Below are positions 25,126 through 29,272 of a DNA stretch of 29,272 nucleotides, in pieces. How positions within the stretch are numbered: the first letter of the stretch is position 1; the number at the start of each line of letters is the position of its first letter. Made by a program: the position numbers and the translations under genes. Below the pieces are notes generated by a model, which saw nothing but the letters and a program-made list of their open reading frames with translations, was not told the origin of the DNA and ran no database searches. This stretch comes from an uncultured Fibrobacterales bacterium (lineage in GTDB: Bacteria; Fibrobacterota; Fibrobacteria; Fibrobacterales; CAWVXU01): contig CAWVXU010000027.1 of assembly GCA_963934255.1 (NCBI GenBank), positions 1-29,272 of the forward strand. Direction: 5' to 3'.

Positions 25126-27351
25126 GTGAAGGCAAATTTTCTACAAATAGTATTGTGGACTAGTTTAATCGCTATAGTCCAAAACTTACAAGCACAGGGT
25201 CTAAATGATCACGGCTTGTGGGGTGGGATAGTGAGTCCAACTTCCAAGATTAACCCTGAGGGAACTTCGATAATTGAGGGTAAAAGATCCCTGAGTTTAT
25301 ATTCTCGCTTTCAGGACTCAAGAGTGGGAGCTTTTGGCTTGGCGTGGAATTATACCCCTTTTGAAAACTTTGAGCTTGGTGGTTCGTACTTTCAAGAGCA
25401 GAGTTATAAAGACTCTGTCTCTCGCCAAGATTATGGTAGCGTAAGCTTCAAGTATCGCCTGCCTCAACTTAATATATGGATGCCTGAAATTGCTCTTGGC
25501 TGGCAAGGGCTCTCCAACGCAGCACATCCTTGGAAAAATCTCTTTTTTACAAGTGGCTACTCAATATCCTATCGGGACGTCGGCTTACATTTTGAATTCG
25601 GTGGTCAGTATCTTCCTATTTCTACTTATGATGACACTCGGGTTAAACCATATGAGATAGAGTATCAGAGTTTAAGCTCAATGAAGCTGACTCTACTCTT
25701 GTCAGAGCTTCGTTTATTGACTGAATTTGTGCATAATGGAGATGAGTTCATCCAAAACTATGGTTTTTGGCTATCTCCTTTTCACCAGCCAGAAGACTTA
25801 TATAACGCCCCTTTCTTTAGTATTGGTGGTGGTATCAGAAATTATTTTGATAACTCAGCGGCTGAGTGGTGGGGGGGATTGCAGTTTTCAGGCTTTTCAT
25901 GGACAGAGTCTCAGCGTCAATTTATTAGTGAAGCCAAAGACCCATTTTTCTTTTTGTGGTTAAGTCCTCGATTTACCTATGATCAAGGTATAGGCCATTC
26001 TGAAGGTTTAAGACAAGATTGGTTAGCTCCACTTTACTCGAAAAACATAGGCCTTCGTGCAAGTTGGTTGCACCACTTTAATCAATCTCCAAGGAACAAG
26101 GACAAATACTATCAATTAAACTCATCTTATTTTTCAGGTATTTTAGGTGAAGGAGCCAATACTAATAATCTTAATTTAGGCTCAATTGAATATGTTGCAG
26201 GTTATTTAAGATCTCAAACTCGAGGCATTGTATTAAGACAATCACTGACTTTCAAAAAATGGAAGTCAAGTTTTTTAGATATCGGTGCCTATGAAATGAA
26301 AAATAATGGCATTAAACCTTATGCTATTTTAACGCAACCAATTCATCCTCGATTTAATTCTAGTTCTTGGCAAAATTATCTTGAAGGTGGCTTTTACGCC
26401 AACGATGAACTCGGTACTAGGTTGTTATCAAGGCTTGCAGTCGCTAGTAATATTCAAGTCCAGGCTGAAGTTGGATATCATTCCAATCTTAACTATGGAT
26501 TGCTTCTGTATTGGACTCCTAAGATGTCGAGGAGAATCGGGCCTATTGAAATAGGACTCTCACCGACTCAAAGACAGTCATGGCGAGCCGACAATGAGTT
26601 TAAATTTGATAATTTAGAAAGAGATAGATTCCATGAACTATTCTTGAGTAAATCATTTTATGAAGGTCAGGTATATGAAAACGGATTGAGTTTTCAACAG
26701 ATCGATGACTCCCAGTGGTGTGACAAATTTCCACAAAATGATTTTTGTTTAAAACAATTTGATAATGACCTTGATGGAGTTTCAAATGAGCTTGACAAAT
26801 GTCTAGATATTCAAGAAGATCGTGATGGATTTGAGGATGGCGATGGTTGTCCAGAGCTTGATAATGATAGCGATTTAATCCCTGATGTCCTGGACTCATG
26901 TCCTAATATTAAAGAAGATCGTGATGGATTTGAGGATGTCGATGGGTGTCCTGAAGATGATAATGATGGGGATGGCTTTAAAGATATAGATGACCAGTGT
27001 GTTAACTCTGCAGAAGATAAAGATCATTTTCAAGATGATGATGGCTGCCCAGAAGATGATAACGATCAAGATGGCGTCAAAGATTTAGTTGATGTTTGTC
27101 CAAATCATGCGGAAGACTTCGATGGAGTCATGGATAAAGATGGTTGTCCCGATTATAGTGACAATGATGAAATCGCAGTAGAAATTGATATTTGCCCAAA
27201 TGATGACGAAGATTTTGATGGCTTTCAAGATGATGATGGGTGTCCTGACTTAGACAATGATCTTGACGAAATCCCAGACCTTGCTGATCAATGCCCTATG
27301 CGTCGAGAAGTTTTCAACTCAATCTTAGATGAAGATGGTTGTCCAGATTAA
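25126..27351 (+). CDS. Exported YjbH-like beta-strand protein with six C-terminal thrombospondin type-3 repeats
   Basis: Signal peptide ..QNLQA|Q; GLWGGIVSPTS....EG, PF..FELG, SFKYRL......PEIALG resemble YjbH N-termini; aromatic/Gly-rich alternating strands; DxDxDGxxDxxDxCP...EDxDGFxDxDGCP repeats run to the stop codon. Confidence 0.7.
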   Translation: MKANFLQIVLWTSLIAIVQNLQAQGLNDHGLWGGIVSPTSKINPEGTSIIEGKRSLSLYSRFQDSRVGAFGLAWNYTPFENFELGGSYFQEQSYKDSVSRQDYGSVSFKYRLPQLNIWMPEIALGWQGLSNAAHPWKNLFFTSGYSISYRDVGLHFEFGGQYLPISTYDDTRVKPYEIEYQSLSSMKLTLLLSELRLLTEFVHNGDEFIQNYGFWLSPFHQPEDLYNAPFFSIGGGIRNYFDNSAAEWWGGLQFSGFSWTESQRQFISEAKDPFFFLWLSPRFTYDQGIGHSEGLRQDWLAPLYSKNIGLRASWLHHFNQSPRNKDKYYQLNSSYFSGILGEGANTNNLNLGSIEYVAGYLRSQTRGIVLRQSLTFKKWKSSFLDIGAYEMKNNGIKPYAILTQPIHPRFNSSSWQNYLEGGFYANDELGTRLLSRLAVASNIQVQAEVGYHSNLNYGLLLYWTPKMSRRIGPIEIGLSPTQRQSWRADNEFKFDNLERDRFHELFLSKSFYEGQVYENGLSFQQIDDSQWCDKFPQNDFCLKQFDNDLDGVSNELDKCLDIQEDRDGFEDGDGCPELDNDSDLIPDVLDSCPNIKEDRDGFEDVDGCPEDDNDGDGFKDIDDQCVNSAEDKDHFQDDDGCPEDDNDQDGVKDLVDVCPNHAEDFDGVMDKDGCPDYSDNDEIAVEIDICPNDDEDFDGFQDDDGCPDLDNDLDEIPDLADQCPMRREVFNSILDEDGCPD
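26761..27348 (+). repeat. Six approximately 99-bp (33-aa) TSP3 calcium-binding repeats
   Basis: Six units each ending DGCP; 27 identical bp at 26813-26839 and 26912-26938, 99 bp apart. Confidence 0.9.
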
Positions 27352-27391
27352 GCTTATTGTTATCTTTACCCTAAATAAATTGGAGGTTTAG

Positions 27392-28216
27392 ATGAATCCT
27401 GTTGTGATGATTAATGGTATGCCGGGTAAAATGGGCCAAGCAGTGACTCATGCTTGTCTCCTACGTGGGTGGACAGTAATTCCTTATAGTCTAACTGGTC
27501 AAGTAGTAGAAAGTCATTTTGACTTTGAAGGTATTCATTTCGAACTGATACCTCCTGATGACAAAGAATCTAAAATTATTGATATCAAATCTCAGTATCC
27601 TCAGTTTGTTACAGTCGATTATACGCACCCCAATGCTGTTAATATCAATGGTGACTTCTACGTAAAGCATGCTTTACCCTTTGTGATGGGGACTACTGGT
27701 GGTGATCGTGATTTGTTGAAATCTCAAGTTTCAACGAGTAGCCTAAAAGCTGTTATTGCACCCAATATGGCTAAACAAATAGTCGGATTTCAAGCAATGA
27801 TGGAAATGATGGCTGAGCAATTCCCTGGTGTATTTGAAGGATATAAGTTGAGTGTCGTGGAAAGTCATCAAGTCACAAAAGCTGACACTTCTGGAACAGC
27901 TAAATCGGTTGTCGAATCGTTCAATAAAATGGGATTGAGCGAAGATATTGAAGATATCACACTCGTGAGAACTGTTGAAGAACAAAAACAAATGGGCATA
28001 GCAGACGAGTTTTTAACTGGCCACGCCTTTCATACCTATAATGTTGACTCTGAAGATAAGACTGTTCATTTTGAATTTCAGCACAATGTATTGGGTCGTT
28101 CTGTTTATGCTGAAGGAACTGCAGATGCTGTCAAGTTTTTGAGTGACGCCAAGACTAAAGAGGGGTCTAATCTCTATGATATGGTTGATGTTTTAAAGTC
28201 TGGCTCAATGAATTAA
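27392..28216 (+). CDS. dapB: 4-hydroxy-tetrahydrodipicolinate reductase, plant-type
   Basis: GGAGG SD; INGMPGKMG, VDYT.P.AVN, FVMGTTGGDR, APNMAKQIV, ESHQ..KADTSGTA, GHAFHTY, FEFQHNV.GR.VYAEGT.DAV.FL. Confidence 0.93.
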   Translation: MNPVVMINGMPGKMGQAVTHACLLRGWTVIPYSLTGQVVESHFDFEGIHFELIPPDDKESKIIDIKSQYPQFVTVDYTHPNAVNINGDFYVKHALPFVMGTTGGDRDLLKSQVSTSSLKAVIAPNMAKQIVGFQAMMEMMAEQFPGVFEGYKLSVVESHQVTKADTSGTAKSVVESFNKMGLSEDIEDITLVRTVEEQKQMGIADEFLTGHAFHTYNVDSEDKTVHFEFQHNVLGRSVYAEGTADAVKFLSDAKTKEGSNLYDMVDVLKSGSMN

Positions 28217-28240
28217 TTGAATATGTTAAGTTGATTTCTG

Positions 28241-28271
28241 AGCGCTACTTCTTATTGAAGTGGCGTTTTTT
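28241..28271 (+). terminator. Intrinsic terminator after dapB
   Basis: GCGCTACTTC-TTATT-GAAGTGGCGT followed by TTTTT. Confidence 0.8.
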
Positions 28272-28296
28272 GATTTTGAAATAAATAATTAAGACA

Positions 28297-29272
28297 TTAG
28301 AAATTTAAAACAACAACGCTACTCAAAAAACTTACTGCACCTACTCCCCAGGCTAAATTTCTATTGGCAATATGTTTGTCTTTTTTGTTGACTTCATTGT
28401 TAATTAGATTGTTGGCTAGAATTTGAAAATTATCATCATTGTTGACTATATTGTTGGCTAGAATTTGAAAATTAACATCACTTTGTGGTGTTTCAGCTGG
28501 AGTATTAGCATTGGCTGCGATCCAGGCTAACGCTTGTGCATTGGCTGAAGCTGTTTGAGCCGATGAATGTTCCAAGTAGCCTTGAATAAAAGATACGATA
28601 GCTGTGCCAAGCATTGTGAAGCCTAAAAGCCCACGAGTGGTTTCATTTTGAATAAAATGAGCTGATGGGATAGAACTTCTAGCTGAGTTTAAATAGTTAT
28701 TTGAATTCTGCGCTGCTACTTGAGGTGACTGAATTTTGCCATATTTAGCCGGCTTAGGTGCGTTATTTAACGGCGCTAGTTTCTTGAGCTTTTTTCGTGA
28801 CTTTTGGCTGGGTTGAGAGTCAAACTCTCGAGTTGACTTTGCGGTTGAGGCTTGAGTAAAGTCTTGATTACGGCGTTTTTTATTCCAAGGTATCAGAGCA
28901 GCATCATCTATTTTTGATTCGAATTGAGTATAAATATTGGAAGAGCTTGATTTGTTGAAAGCATTAATTTCTTTAGAATGTGCAGTTGAAGCAGCGATGG
29001 CTTTGGGTTTCTTGTTATACGGGGGAAGGATTGAAAAATTAGGGTCACTTATTTCCATCGCTTCACCATCAAGGACAGCTATAATTGTTACAAGGCTAAA
29101 ATAGCGATCCTGTGAGCCTATTTTGGAAGGGAGTTTCTCATACATTAAAGTGAATTCCATTTGATCTAGATAGTCTGAAAAAGTCCCACTCATGTTGACG
29201 GCTGAAAGCTTAGCAGTAAATTCAAAATGAAATGGTGCATCATCAATCTTGACAGTGATTTCTTGTTTGTCC
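28297..29272 (-). CDS. Hypothetical protein with two C-terminal hydrophobic segments, 5'-truncated by the window edge
   Basis: Frame stays open upstream of the listed ATG at 29193 to the window end (DKQEITVKIDDAPFHFEFTAKLSAVN-M); hydrophobic GLLGFTMLGTAIVSFI and RNLAWGVGAVSFLSSVVVLNF. Confidence 0.75.
   Translation of the reverse strand, partial: DKQEITVKIDDAPFHFEFTAKLSAVNMSGTFSDYLDQMEFTLMYEKLPSKIGSQDRYFSLVTIIAVLDGEAMEISDPNFSILPPYNKKPKAIAASTAHSKEINAFNKSSSSNIYTQFESKIDDAALIPWNKKRRNQDFTQASTAKSTREFDSQPSQKSRKKLKKLAPLNNAPKPAKYGKIQSPQVAAQNSNNYLNSARSSIPSAHFIQNETTRGLLGFTMLGTAIVSFIQGYLEHSSAQTASANAQALAWIAANANTPAETPQSDVNFQILANNIVNNDDNFQILANNLINNEVNKKDKHIANRNLAWGVGAVSFLSSVVVLNF
28408..28474. repeat. Direct repeat, 25 bp identical, 42-bp period, in frame
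   Basis: ATTGTTGGCTAGAATTTGAAAATTA at 28408-28432 and 28450-28474; encodes NFQILANN twice. Confidence 0.9.

Noticed and set aside
26761..27348. Periodic repeats as a possible CRISPR array
   Set aside because: The 99-bp period is in frame, degenerate at codon third positions and encodes TSP3 repeats; no cas genes.
966..27991. Short overlapping ORFs in the six-frame track (e.g. 966-1148, 3307-3624, 7675-7959, 11099-11305, 18870-19097, 26600-26899)
   Set aside because: All lie within well-supported genes on the opposite strand or in another frame and show no recognisable motifs.
28408..28474. 25-bp direct repeat as a mini-CRISPR or att site
   Set aside because: Only two copies with a 17-bp spacer, in frame within a CDS; no integrase or cas gene nearby.

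Overview
AT-rich bacterial chromosomal segment made almost entirely of housekeeping and cell-envelope genes. I found no mobile element, prophage, CRISPR array or defence system. In order it holds: tRNA-Phe(GAA); a futalosine-type menaquinone cluster (menG/ubiE, ubiX, mqnP/ubiA); a 1242-aa exported TPR/DUF3857/transglutaminase-like protein; a tightly coupled valS-trpE-trpG-trpD-trpC operon; an exported PDZ protein with a possible T9SS-like C-terminal domain; yajC-def-spoIID; tRNA-Arg(TCT) followed by a degenerate receiver domain, an M23 peptidase, a SAM methyltransferase and bacillithiol genes bshC-bshB1-bshA; a lipoprotein behind a perfect CRP-type box; hslO (Hsp33); DUF2062; a YjbH-like/thrombospondin-3-repeat protein; a plant-type dapB; and a 5'-truncated membrane protein. 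The most notable signals are (i) a methyltransferase translationally coupled to a complete bacillithiol operon, a candidate N-methyl-bacillithiol pathway, (ii) a Bacteroidota-like TAnnTTTG promoter element in front of most transcription units, together with a canonical TTGACA -35 and Shine-Dalgarno sites, and (iii) two unusual envelope-protein architectures. These hints suggest an FCB-group organism, possibly Fibrobacterota, but that is inference. All family calls come from recognising motifs by eye; no searches were run.
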